A stretch of DNA of 64,000 bases from an uncultured delta proteobacterium (GTDB lineage Bacteria; Desulfobacterota; BSN033; UBA1163): contig CAWHBU010000004.1 in assembly GCA_963827685.1 (NCBI GenBank), positions 576,001-640,000 on the forward strand, read 5' to 3'. Under the pieces are notes generated by a model that was given only the letters and a program-made list of their open reading frames with translations, had not been told where the DNA came from and did no database searches. The translations under genes and the position numbers were made by a program. The number at the start of each line of letters is the position of its first letter. Position 1 is the first letter of the stretch. This document shows positions 51,352 through 60,579 of this stretch, one piece after another.

Positions 51352-52584
51352 ATGGAATTCAGAATGAGTACGGAGCAGGAGTTATGGAAAAACACGGTGA
51401 GGGAATTCGCGCAGGCAGAACTGGAGCCCATCGCGCGGAAAATCGACGAGGAGTTGGAGAGAATCCCCAAGGAGGTCGTCAAGAAGATGGCTGATCTTGG
51501 CATCTTCGGAGTGACCATTCCCGAGGAGTATGGCGGCAGCGCCGTGCCCGGAGAGACGTTGCAGTATGCCATGATTACTATTCATGAGATAGCCCGGGCC
51601 GAGCTGAGCATGTCTGTGCCTGTCTACACACTGCTGTGCATCGGATGGGCATTTATGCTTTCTCAGTATGGCACTAAGGAGGCCAAGGAAGAGATATTAC
51701 CCAAAGTGGCAAAAGGCGAATGGTTCTTGGGGATCAATACAACCGAGCCCGGCGGAGGCTCCGACCTTGCCAACATTAAGACCTGGGCCAAGAGCGAAAA
51801 AACCAAGTTCATCGTCAACGGTGAGAAGGCCTACATCAGTGGTGTCAGGGAGTCCAATGAGTGGGGTGGCGGTCATCTAACGCTCTTCAAGTCCGATCCT
51901 ACAAAAGGTTACAAAGGCTCCACGTTTGCCTATTTTCCGGCCAAAGCTCCGGGCACAACCTTTACCGTTTATAAAGACATGGGGCGTATGGGGCTCTCCA
52001 CCGGCGGGTTTGTTTACAAAAACGTCGAGATTCCGAAAAAATACATTCTTGGTGAAGAAGGCAAAGGGTTCTATATCAACATGGAAGGTTTCAATGCCGC
52101 CCGAGTATTAGTGTCAGCCGCTTGCCTGGGAGGAGCTGAGAAGTGCCTGGAAATCGGCCGGGACTACACCAAGCAGAGGATCATCTTCGGCCGGCCCCTG
52201 TCGAGCTTTGAGGGTATCTCCTTCGAGATCGCCGATGACTATTCCAAGTTGGAGATGCTGAAGCTGATGCTTCAGAAGGGGACCTGGATGATCGACCGAT
52301 TCTATGAAGATCGATCCAGCTTTACCAAGGAAGAGATCAACCGGACGATCTCTGTCTGCAAGGCCAATTCGCCGATGCTTGCTGTGGATATCGCGAAACA
52401 TGCCATGATGTACCACGGCGGCTTCGGTTATACCAAGGACACACCGCTTGAGATGGCCCTGAGGGGCGCTATGTCCTATGTGGTTGGAGCAGAGGGCGGT
52501 TATCACGTTCAAAAGATCATCATCGCCCGTGACTACATCGGTGACGAGGGAGTGCCGTATCGCGGTACACAGACAGGTCACTAA
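51352..52584 (+). CDS. Acyl-CoA dehydrogenase (divergent type)
   Basis: TTEPGGGSD, GKGF, RIIFGRP, YHGGFGY and AEGG motifs. Confidence 0.92.
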   Translation: MEFRMSTEQELWKNTVREFAQAELEPIARKIDEELERIPKEVVKKMADLGIFGVTIPEEYGGSAVPGETLQYAMITIHEIARAELSMSVPVYTLLCIGWAFMLSQYGTKEAKEEILPKVAKGEWFLGINTTEPGGGSDLANIKTWAKSEKTKFIVNGEKAYISGVRESNEWGGGHLTLFKSDPTKGYKGSTFAYFPAKAPGTTFTVYKDMGRMGLSTGGFVYKNVEIPKKYILGEEGKGFYINMEGFNAARVLVSAACLGGAEKCLEIGRDYTKQRIIFGRPLSSFEGISFEIADDYSKLEMLKLMLQKGTWMIDRFYEDRSSFTKEEINRTISVCKANSPMLAVDIAKHAMMYHGGFGYTKDTPLEMALRGAMSYVVGAEGGYHVQKIIIARDYIGDEGVPYRGTQTGH

Positions 52585-52617
52585 TCCTGTCTGAGACTGA
52601 ATTTTCTTGCACCCAGG

Positions 52618-52650
52618 CTCCAGGGGCAGCTCCGATGGCTGCCCCTGGAG
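52618..52650. terminator. Intra-operon hairpin
   Basis: CTCCAGGGGCAGC...GCTGCCCCTGGAG perfect 13-bp stem. Confidence 0.6.
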
Positions 52651-52740
52651 TTGAGAATGGTGTCGGCCCTCTTATTGGGTTCGCCAGGGTCGATCTGAAG
52701 GTATTTGTGTTTCTTGAGTGAGTGGAAAGGAGGTCAAAAC

Positions 52741-53526
52741 GTGAACATCATCGTATGCCTGAAACAGATCGCTGACCTGAAATACATCCGGATCAAGGAT
52801 CGGAAACCTCTCTTGGAAGGGGCCCCTCTGATCTTCGGAGATATGGACAGAAACGCTCTCGAAGAGGCGATCAGGATCAAAGAGAAAGTCGAGGGAACAA
52901 AGGTGATTGCGCTGGCTCTGGGCGGAGCGAAACTGAAGGAAACGATCAAGGCGGCCTTAGCCATCGGAGCTGATGAAGCGGTCCTGTTGACGGATCCTCT
53001 TTTTGTCAATTCGGACACCGCAGGCACGGCCAGGGCGCTGGGCAAGGCCATCGAGAAGATCGGAGGGTACGATCTTATCCTTTCCGGTGAAGGCTCAACG
53101 GATAATTTTTCGAGCCAGGTTGGACCGAGGTTGGCCGAGATCCTGGGTCTTCCCCAGATCACCTATGTAAGGAAATTGGAGGTCCAGGGAAAGAAGCTGA
53201 GGGCCGTTCGTAACATGGAAGAGAGCTTCGAGGTTGTGGAAGTTGAAATGCCTGCCGTGGTAACCGTCGCGAACGAGATTAATCAGCCACGACTCGCCTT
53301 GCTCAAGGATATATTGAAGGCGGGCAAAAAACCCGTTCAGGACTGGAAGGCCGCAGATCTGGGGCTTTCCGGCGATCAGGTCGGGGTGAAGGGGTCGGTC
53401 AGGGAGATCGTTAGCAATCTTGCCCCGGAGCAAGCAAGAAAGCAGGTGGTTTTCGAAGGCGAGTTAAAAGACGCTGTCGAGAACTTGTTCAACGCTCTTA
53501 CAAAAGAAGGGGCGCTTGGGAGGTAA
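52741..53526 (+). CDS. fixA: ETF beta subunit (FixA)
   Basis: NIIVCLKQ, ALAIGAD, QVGPRLA and INQPR motifs. GTG start with AGGAGG RBS. Confidence 0.92.
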   Translation: MNIIVCLKQIADLKYIRIKDRKPLLEGAPLIFGDMDRNALEEAIRIKEKVEGTKVIALALGGAKLKETIKAALAIGADEAVLLTDPLFVNSDTAGTARALGKAIEKIGGYDLILSGEGSTDNFSSQVGPRLAEILGLPQITYVRKLEVQGKKLRAVRNMEESFEVVEVEMPAVVTVANEINQPRLALLKDILKAGKKPVQDWKAADLGLSGDQVGVKGSVREIVSNLAPEQARKQVVFEGELKDAVENLFNALTKEGALGR

Positions 53527-53528
53527 TC

Positions 53529-54482
53529 ATGGCAGAACTGCTGGTATTTTCCGAAAAAAATGACCTGGCCTTTGAACTCGTCTCAAAAGGCAGGGAGTTC
53601 GCTGGTGCGTTGAAGATGGGATTAGCCGCCGCGCTCCTGGGCGAAAAAGCGGGTGCAGAGGCGAAGGAGTATTTCACTTATGGTGCCGACCGGGTTTACA
53701 TCGGGGAGAATCCCGCATTGGCTGGGTTCAGTGCCGAATCGTATGCAGAGGCGCTTTACCAGATTGCGCAAAAGAACGATGCCAAGATTTTGTTGATCCC
53801 TTCGACCAAGAGGGGCAAGGAGCTGGCCCCCCGTGTGGCCCAAAAACTCGGGGCAGGGTGCGTCACCGATGCCACGGCCGTCGAGCTGAAGGATGGGAAT
53901 CTCCTGATCAGTCGATATGCCCTGGGTGGAAATACCGTGGCCGGGGAGGTCATCAAGACCGCCCACAAGGTGATCACGGTGATGCCCAAGACTTTTGAGC
54001 TGGGGCCGAAGGAGGACAAAAAAGGAGAGGTGGTTAAGGCAGATCTAAATCTGAAAGCCCCCCGGGTCCGATTTGTTGAGCGACAGGAAAAGATCGGAGA
54101 GAAAGTTAACCTGGAGGCGGCAGAAATCTTGGTCTGCATCGGCCGGGGTCTGGAAAAGAAGGAAGACCTGGGGATCGTCGAGCAGCTGGCAAAGGCCCTG
54201 GGTGCAGAGATCGGGTGTACCAAATCTCTTTGCACCGACTACCAGTGGCTTTCGGAAGATCGACTGGTCGGGCTGTCGGGTAAGAAGACGAGCCCCCGGC
54301 TCGTGATCTCCGTTGGCATATCGGGCCAGATTCAGTATACCGTCGGCATCCGGGGCGCTCGTACTGCGGTCGCCATCAATAAAGACAAGCAAGCCCCCAT
54401 CTTTGCCATGTCGGACTACGGCATCGTTGGAAATCTGTATGACGTGGTCCCCCTGCTCGCTGAAAAACTGAAAAGCGCCTGA
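53529..54482 (+). CDS. fixB: ETF alpha subunit (FixB)
   Basis: GRG, VGLSG, GISGQIQY and AINKD motifs. Confidence 0.92.
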   Translation: MAELLVFSEKNDLAFELVSKGREFAGALKMGLAAALLGEKAGAEAKEYFTYGADRVYIGENPALAGFSAESYAEALYQIAQKNDAKILLIPSTKRGKELAPRVAQKLGAGCVTDATAVELKDGNLLISRYALGGNTVAGEVIKTAHKVITVMPKTFELGPKEDKKGEVVKADLNLKAPRVRFVERQEKIGEKVNLEAAEILVCIGRGLEKKEDLGIVEQLAKALGAEIGCTKSLCTDYQWLSEDRLVGLSGKKTSPRLVISVGISGQIQYTVGIRGARTAVAINKDKQAPIFAMSDYGIVGNLYDVVPLLAEKLKSA

Positions 54483-54533
54483 GCAGGGTAGGCGTATTGA
54501 TCCCGCATCAAAACTGACTTATAAATATTAAGC

Positions 54534-54676
54534 AGAGCATATTATAGTTTGCGCTAACCCCGATGGGTCATTGCGAGGAGTGGAACGACGAAGCAATCTT
54601 AAGGCGAGATTGCCACGCCCTTCGGGCTCGCAATGACAATTTTTGGTGGTTCCTCATGTAGACTATTTCGTGCTCT
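54534..54676. repeat. REP-like element (54567-54637) inside imperfect terminal IRs (MITE-like)
   Basis: Core GTCATTGCGAG...CTCGCAATGAC. Outer AGAGCATATTATAGTTT versus AGACTATTTCGTGCTCT (12/17 complementary). Confidence 0.65.
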
Positions 54677-54702
54677 CCGTAATAAAATTAAAGGGCACCC
54701 GA

Positions 54703-55992
54703 ATGGAAAAAGTTGATGTCATCATTGTGGGCGGCGGACTGGCCGGTCTTTCTTGCGCCTATGAATTGGCCGATTCGGGAATGACGGTTATTGTCCTTGA
54801 GAGAGGAGATTTCTCAGGGAGTAAGAATATCACTGGAGGAAGGATCTACCTCAGCCCTCTGCAAAGTTATCTTCCGGATCTCTGGAAAGATGCCCCTTTG
54901 GAAAGACACGTCACTAAGGAGATCCTTACCTTGCTGGGTGAAACCAATTCGACCACTCTCGGACTTTATAGTGACCGGTTTAACCATGACCCCTATCCCA
55001 GCTATACCATTCTCAGAGCCAAGTTCGATCGCTGGCTCGCCGACGTCGTTTCGGAAAAGGGGATATATGTCATTCCGGAAAAGAAGGTGGATGACCTTAT
55101 CAGAGACGGGGCGAAGGTCATTGGTATCAAGAGCGGGGATGAGGAGTTCGGAGCAGATTGTGTGGTCGGTGCTGACGGCGTTCTTTCTTTCATCGCTGAG
55201 AAAGCCGGACTCCGGCAGCCTTTCCGGCCCGAACATTTCGCCGTGGGCTTTAAAGAGGTGATTGAACTCGACCCGAAGACCATTGAGGATCGATTTTGTC
55301 TGGGAGAGGGAGAGGGAGCTGCTCAGCTTTTTGTCGGATCCCTTACCAAAGGGATGATGGGCGGAGGATTTCTCTACACCAACCGTGAAAGTCTTTCTTT
55401 GGGCATTGTCGTTGGAATTCATTCCCTCAATCGCAGGGAACCCCGGGAGGAAGTCTACAAGCTTCTGGATGATTTTAAGGAACGGCCCGAGATAAAAAAT
55501 TTGATCAAGGGCGGAAATCCCATCGAATATTCCGGCCACCTGATCAGCGAGGGGGGAATTCACATCATGCCGAGACTTTACGGAGACGGGATTCTGCTCG
55601 TAGGGGATGCGGCGGGTCTCGGCCTCAACATGCTGGTCACGGTGAGAGGAATGGAATACGCCGTGGCTTCGGGTGTCCTCGCAGGCCGGGCAATCAAGAG
55701 GGCTAAAGAGAAAAACGATTTCTCAGCGTCTTCCTTAGCCCATTATGAAGAGCTTTTAAAAGGCAGTTTTATCATGAAAGAGATGGAGGGTTTTAGGAAC
55801 AGCCTCCATCTACTCGAGAATGAAAGACTCTTTTCGAAATACCCCCAGGCGATTTCCAATCTCTTTGAAAAAGTGATGACCGTGGATGGAGGTCCGAAAG
55901 AGGGTCTGTACAAGACGATCTGGCAGGGATTGAAGAAAGACTTTTTGAATTATCAAACGTTTAAGGACTGGCTGCAATTCAGAAATATATAG
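54703..55992 (+). CDS. fixC: FixC-type FAD oxidoreductase (ETF:quinone)
   Basis: GGGLAG, ERG..GSKN.TGG, GGGFLYTN, GDAAG and RGMEYA motifs. Confidence 0.94.
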   Translation: MEKVDVIIVGGGLAGLSCAYELADSGMTVIVLERGDFSGSKNITGGRIYLSPLQSYLPDLWKDAPLERHVTKEILTLLGETNSTTLGLYSDRFNHDPYPSYTILRAKFDRWLADVVSEKGIYVIPEKKVDDLIRDGAKVIGIKSGDEEFGADCVVGADGVLSFIAEKAGLRQPFRPEHFAVGFKEVIELDPKTIEDRFCLGEGEGAAQLFVGSLTKGMMGGGFLYTNRESLSLGIVVGIHSLNRREPREEVYKLLDDFKERPEIKNLIKGGNPIEYSGHLISEGGIHIMPRLYGDGILLVGDAAGLGLNMLVTVRGMEYAVASGVLAGRAIKRAKEKNDFSASSLAHYEELLKGSFIMKEMEGFRNSLHLLENERLFSKYPQAISNLFEKVMTVDGGPKEGLYKTIWQGLKKDFLNYQTFKDWLQFRNI

Positions 55993-56030
55993 ACCTTCAT
56001 GGATGGAGCCGGTGGTAAGCGGAGCGTTAA

Positions 56031-56303
56031 ATGAGGATTACTGACAAACTGGCGCTCGATGCCTTCAAAAACGATAAAGAATCTCACATTCACCTCGACC
56101 AGAAGATCTGTCAAGGCTGCAAAGAAAGGTTCTGCATTTATGCCTGCCCGGCAAACCTTTATTCTCTTAATGAAAAGGGAGAGACGGCGGTCGAATTTGC
56201 CGGTTGTCTGGAATGCGGCACCTGCATGATCGCCTGCATTTATGGTTCGATTCAATGGACCTATCCGCAAAGCGGTTTTGGTGTCCAATACCGGTGCGGA
56301 TGA
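56031..56303 (+). CDS. fixX: FixX ferredoxin-like protein
   Basis: CPANLY, GCLECGTC and WTYP.SGFGV motifs. Confidence 0.94.
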   Translation: MRITDKLALDAFKNDKESHIHLDQKICQGCKERFCIYACPANLYSLNEKGETAVEFAGCLECGTCMIACIYGSIQWTYPQSGFGVQYRCG

Positions 56304-56388
56304 GAACGTCCCTCTGAAAATCTCTCAGGGGATTTCTTCTTCCTTCCTGCTACACGGGTGATTTTTTGAAACCTGAACAACGATAGGT

Positions 56389-56543
56389 TTACGCGTAAAT
56401 ATTGATTCCCACTGCCTCCAGCCTGTTTTCGGCCTCCAGAACGATCCGCTCAATGAGTTCTTTGGACGTGGGGATATCATGAATGCCGCCAACAGACTGT
56501 CCGGCAAATAGAAACCCTTCCTTTTGGTCGCCAGCTTGATCAT
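56389..56543 (-). pseudogene. Collapsed FabK/nitronate monooxygenase-family remnant
   Basis: Minus frame GDQKEGFLFAGQSVGGIHDIPTSKELIERIVLEAE...* is a typical FabK/NMO C-terminus. An ATG ATC AAG head overlaps the upstream stop. Confidence 0.65.
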
Positions 56544-57882
56544 TTTTGGCTGTGATGATCGCGGCCTAAGAAATAGTTCGCCCAGGAAGAGATTTGATCT
56601 AATGCCCAATTGCGGGGAGGAGTATAACCTTCCTTAAGGGATTCTTCTTCTCCATAAGGTTTAAGCCTATTGTAGGCACGGACGTAGATGCACTTCTTCT
56701 TATTGGGAAAGACTTCACACCATCCCTCAAAAGAACCATCGGGCTGGCTTGTAGAGAGGTGCCTGGGGTGTGAATGCCAGTTGGTGGAAGAAACGCATGA
56801 TTCCATGGCCGGGGGCCTTTTGGGGCTTGCTCCGTTTGCGGGCGAAAACATCCGTGTTCAAACCTGTCTTTGGATACTTCTCGAAAAGATAAAAACCATT
56901 TTTCTGAGGAAAGGAAAATTCATTCTTCCCAGTTGGAAGAGAATTCCTTTGACTTTCCGATGACCCACTCCACATTTTCATAGCTTAGGTTTGGCCCTCC
57001 GATGTGGGTCCCATCATAGCCAATCCCCTTAAGGACCGCGATCAATTTTGCAGCCCTTGTAAAGCGGGCCACCTTCCCCTTGTCGGGTGCCCTGGCCTCC
57101 TCTGCATAGATACGATAAAGTTCATCGGTGACCACACATCCTGGAACTCCTCCTCGGTTCATGACTTTGGCCACCGCCTGGTTAAGGATGTAAACATTTC
57201 CAACAATGGGGATTCGGATGCCATGATAGCGCATGAAACGGAGGAGTTCATCAAATTTGCAGGCATCGAACCCGACTTGTGTGATGAGAAAGTCTGCTCC
57301 CTGTTTTACCTTTTTGAAAAGCCTATAGTATTGAGACATCACCTCCGACTCATGTCTTTTAAAAGGTGATATGGTGCAGCCTTTTAGAAAGCGAGTAGGA
57401 GGGAGCCGGACGCCTCCGCCGGGCGCCTTTCCGTCAATTTCCAGCCCCTGGTTCATCTGATTGATAAGGTGGATGAGCTGAATTGAATCGAGGTCAAAGA
57501 CGGGCTTTGCGTTTTCCTCAAAGCCATAAAGGGGGGAATCGCCAGTCATTACGAGAAGATTTGTGAGTCCATTCCGATCCAACGAGTAAAGGATCGATTC
57601 GATCTGATTTCGATTCTTATCTTTACAGGTAAAATGGATAAGAGGGGCGATCCCGAGACGAGAGATTTCAAGGCCGAGCATGTCGGGAGAGAGGGCAGGG
57701 TGACCCCCGGGGTTATCGGTGATAGAAAGGGCATGGACAATTCCTGACCTGGCCGCCTTCTCAGCAATTCTCAGAATATCATCTTGGGTCTTTCCCCGCG
57801 ATCCCCTTCCAGGAACAAGTTCAAGAGCGTAAATAAACTCCTCCTTGTCAAGGAGGACCTCTTTGAATCTGTCCTTTTCCAT
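56540..57882 (-). pseudogene. metF: Methylenetetrahydrofolate reductase with C-terminal MetV-like domain, broken in two places
   Basis: ITDNPGG, HFTCKD.N, MTGD and GADFLITQ motifs. Frame break ~56922; second break ~56735 joins to GSFEGWCEV...CIYVRAY with the Cys-rich segment missing. Confidence 0.8.
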
Positions 57883-57970
57883 AGGAATCCTGCGGGTTGA
57901 GGCCAGGTCTCATTCCCTTGAAGGCAGCTGTCGGGTATTTGTATTAACAACCGGGGGATAACAAAAACTA

Positions 57971-59075
57971 ATACAAACGTCCTAAATAAAGTGACATAAC
58001 AGTTTATTTATGTTAATATGTGGGCATGAAAAATCCCACATTAATCTTAGAGCATAAAGAGGCCAATAAAGAGCGTTTATTAGCATTAGCCGAACAAATA
58101 TCAGGGGCTTGGATAGGCATAAAGATAGCCGCCTTACTCCTGGTGCTTGAAGGGCAACGTCCGGGATGGATAACCGAGGTGTTAGGGTTGACCCGGATGA
58201 GTTTAAGCCGATGGATTCACGGGGTGAACAAAGACGGCTTAGAGTTCTTAAAATCCAAGCCAAGATCGGGAAGGCCTCCACGGTTAGAGACAAAGATTCA
58301 AAGGGTGCTGGAGGGACACTTAGAGAAGTCTCCGCGGGAATTTGGTTTAAACCGGACTCAATGGGATGGGCCAACGGTTGCGATTCATCTGAAGCGGTCT
58401 TTCGGGATAAACCTGAAGGTGCGGCAAGCCCAACGCTGGATGCATCATTTGGGTTATCGGTTAAAGAGAGCGAGTTATTCTTATCTTCAAGCACAAAGCC
58501 AAGAAGCCCGAAAGTTCCAGCGGGCTTTAAAAAAAACTTGAGTCCCTGGGGCCAAAAGAGACAATTGTATTCCAGGATGAGACAGGCTTTACGATGCACC
58601 CCAGGCTTAGCCGGGGCTGGGCGAAAAAAGGAAAGCGTCTTAAGATTCCCACGACCAGCCAGCATCGTATCCGTTTGAATATCTCTGGGTGGGTCAATCC
58701 TTTGCTTGGACGCTATGGCATGATTCAGACAAAACGGGGGGATAGAGAAGGGTTTCTCAAACTTTTGCGCCACCTCTATGGAAGGTTTAAAGAATATACC
58801 ATTTGGCTTTATGTCGACAGGGCCCGCTGGCACAGAGGCGATCCCATCGAACAATTTCTTAAAAAACATCCGAGGCTCCATATCGAATATTTACCCCCGT
58901 ATCAACCGGGATTAAACGTGCAAGAACGGATTTGGCGCAGTGTTCGCTATGAATCCACCACCAACCGTTGGTTTGAAAACCTTGATAATCTTTGGTCTGT
59001 CGTTTGTAAAACAACTCGCTCATGGTCTTGTCAAAAGATTCGTAGGCTATGTAACATTACTTAATGCGTTTGTAT
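57971..59075 (+). mobile_element. IS630-family insertion sequence
   Basis: Imperfect ~28-bp terminal IRs starting ATACAAACG, flanked by TA at 57969-70 and 59076-77. Split transposase inside. Confidence 0.92.
58026..59064 (+). CDS. IS630 transposase (HTH ORF + DDE ORF joined at A8 run 58529-58536)
   Basis: SGRPPRL and W HTH motifs; then FQDETG, VDRARWH and LPPYQPGLNVQERIW. Confidence 0.9.
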
Positions 59076-59097
59076 TAATTTAGAACCAGAGACTCCG

Positions 59098-59283
59098 TTA
59101 TTCGATAATAATAGCTTCGACAGGACAGGATGTTGCTGCCTCTTTAACTTTTTCCTCAATGTCTTTAGGAACATTCTCCGTCTTGGCCACCGCCACATCC
59201 CCTTGCATTTCAAAAACTTCAGGGCAAACCTCCACACATGTTTCGTCCCCCACACAAGTTTCCTTATCGACTCGGACTTTCAT
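59098..59283 (-). CDS. Single-cluster ferredoxin (CxxDxxC...CP)
   Basis: CVGDETCVEVCPEVF...SCPVEAI. GGGAGA RBS. Confidence 0.92.
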   Translation of the reverse strand: MKVRVDKETCVGDETCVEVCPEVFEMQGDVAVAKTENVPKDIEEKVKEAATSCPVEAIIIE

Positions 59284-59623
59284 GTTTTTCTCCCTTTCTG
59301 TTTAGTTCACTCAAATATGGTATGTAAGATGGCACTTGCGTTTCAAAATGTCAACAAATTTTTTCACAGAAAAAAGCATCCTCGGTAAGCCCTTTCGTGG
59401 TCACATCTATCGGAAGGTTTGAAAAATGAATATGGCGATATAAGATAGTTCAAGGCTTCTTGCCTCTCATCATCTCTTTTTCTGATCTTTTTCTGAAAGG
59501 ACGATCATGGGTAGTGACCATCAAGGCTTACTACAGCGGGGGCACAATATACTGTATCTTTTATAATAAAATACAAGACTTACCCCATATACTTTATCAT
59601 AATTTCCCTTAAGATGAGAGCAC

Positions 59624-59983
59624 ATGGAAAAGAAGACCTTTGAAACCTTACAGGGGGGCCACCAAGTTTTGAGAAGATGGGAAAGCTTTCTTCTTAACCG
59701 CCAAAAAATTTGAAAAAGCCATGGAGCAGATCGATCAGAATGTCAAACCTAAAATGGAGAGATAGAGGCTGTGGCGTTGGACATTCAGTATGAAGAGAGG
59801 GCCTTGAAGCTATATTCCGATCTCAGTCACGGAACTTCCCATTGGCTGGAGAAAGAGTTCTATATACAACTCGGAAACGGAGAGCGAGGCCACATGCTCA
59901 TCTTAAAGGACATCGAGGCCTACTATCAAGATCCGGTTCACTGGTTCTCTGTTGAGGAGAGGTCTCACTCGGACGGGGCATAA
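59624..59983 (+). pseudogene. Degraded ferritin-like/rubrerythrin-family gene
   Basis: Fragments DGKAFF..A, ALDI..EE...KLY and FY..L...ERGH..IL spread over several frames. Confidence 0.6.
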
Positions 59984-59985
59984 AA

Positions 59986-60013
59986 AGGCCCTTCCTTAGA
60001 AAAGGAAGGGCCT
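59986..60013. terminator. Terminator-like hairpin
   Basis: AGGCCCTTCCTT...AAGGAAGGGCCT perfect 12-bp stem with an A-run on the left. Confidence 0.65.
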
Positions 60014-60044
60014 GGAGATTCATAAGCGGCACTTATTTTATAAA

Positions 60045-60578
60045 AAATACCTGTTGAATACCGCCCAGCTCTGCTGGGCGGATGAAAACAGGTTCGCGAA
60101 GCGATAAGACATGGTATAAGTACTGCATGAGCTCGATAAAAAGAACAAGCCATGCGGTCTACGATTTGAAATATCATATGGTATGGGTTCCCAAATATCG
60201 GAAGATGATATTGGGAGGTGAGTTGGCAAAAAGGCTTAAGATGAGTTTTGAGCAAATATCGGAGAGGTACGAGTTTGAGATAGATACGATGGAGGTAAAG
60301 GATGATCATGTTCATTTATTTTTGTCTGCCCCTCCTCGGTATTGTCCGGCAGAGATTGTGCAGATCATAAAGAGTATCTCGGCGAAAATGGTGTTCAAGC
60401 AGTTTCCAGAGGTGAAGAAAGAGCTTTGGGGTGGAGAGTTTTGGAGTGATGGGTATTTTGTTCGGTCTGTTGGAGACAAAGTTACCTCTGAAGTCATACG
60501 TCGCTATATAAAGTATCAGCAACAGGAGCAATTAAGTTTTGAATTTTAATGCCCCGCAGCTCTGCTGCGGGGTTCTTT
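60045..60578 (+). mobile_element. IS200-type element (tnpA only; ends approximate)
   Basis: Subterminal hairpins 60061-60081 and 60552-60572 share CAGCTCTGCTG and flank tnpA. Confidence 0.85.
60127..60549 (+). CDS. tnpA: IS200/IS605 Y1 HUH transposase
   Basis: YHMVWVPKYR, DHVHL (HUH), FWSDGYF and YIKYQ motifs. Confidence 0.95.
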   Translation: MSSIKRTSHAVYDLKYHMVWVPKYRKMILGGELAKRLKMSFEQISERYEFEIDTMEVKDDHVHLFLSAPPRYCPAEIVQIIKSISAKMVFKQFPEVKKELWGGEFWSDGYFVRSVGDKVTSEVIRRYIKYQQQEQLSFEF

Positions 60579-60579
60579 A

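Noticed and set aside
56325-56609. 94-aa ORF
   Set aside because: Wrong frame; the region is explained by the metF tail and the FabK/NMO-like remnant.
56920-56922. TGA in metF as possible selenocysteine
   Set aside because: Homology continues in a different frame and the position is not a Cys site; it is a frameshift.
57982-58881. 299-aa minus-strand ORF and 170-aa plus ORF (58166-58678) inside IS630
   Set aside because: They overlap the transposase, have no recognisable motif, and antisense ORFs are common in IS elements.
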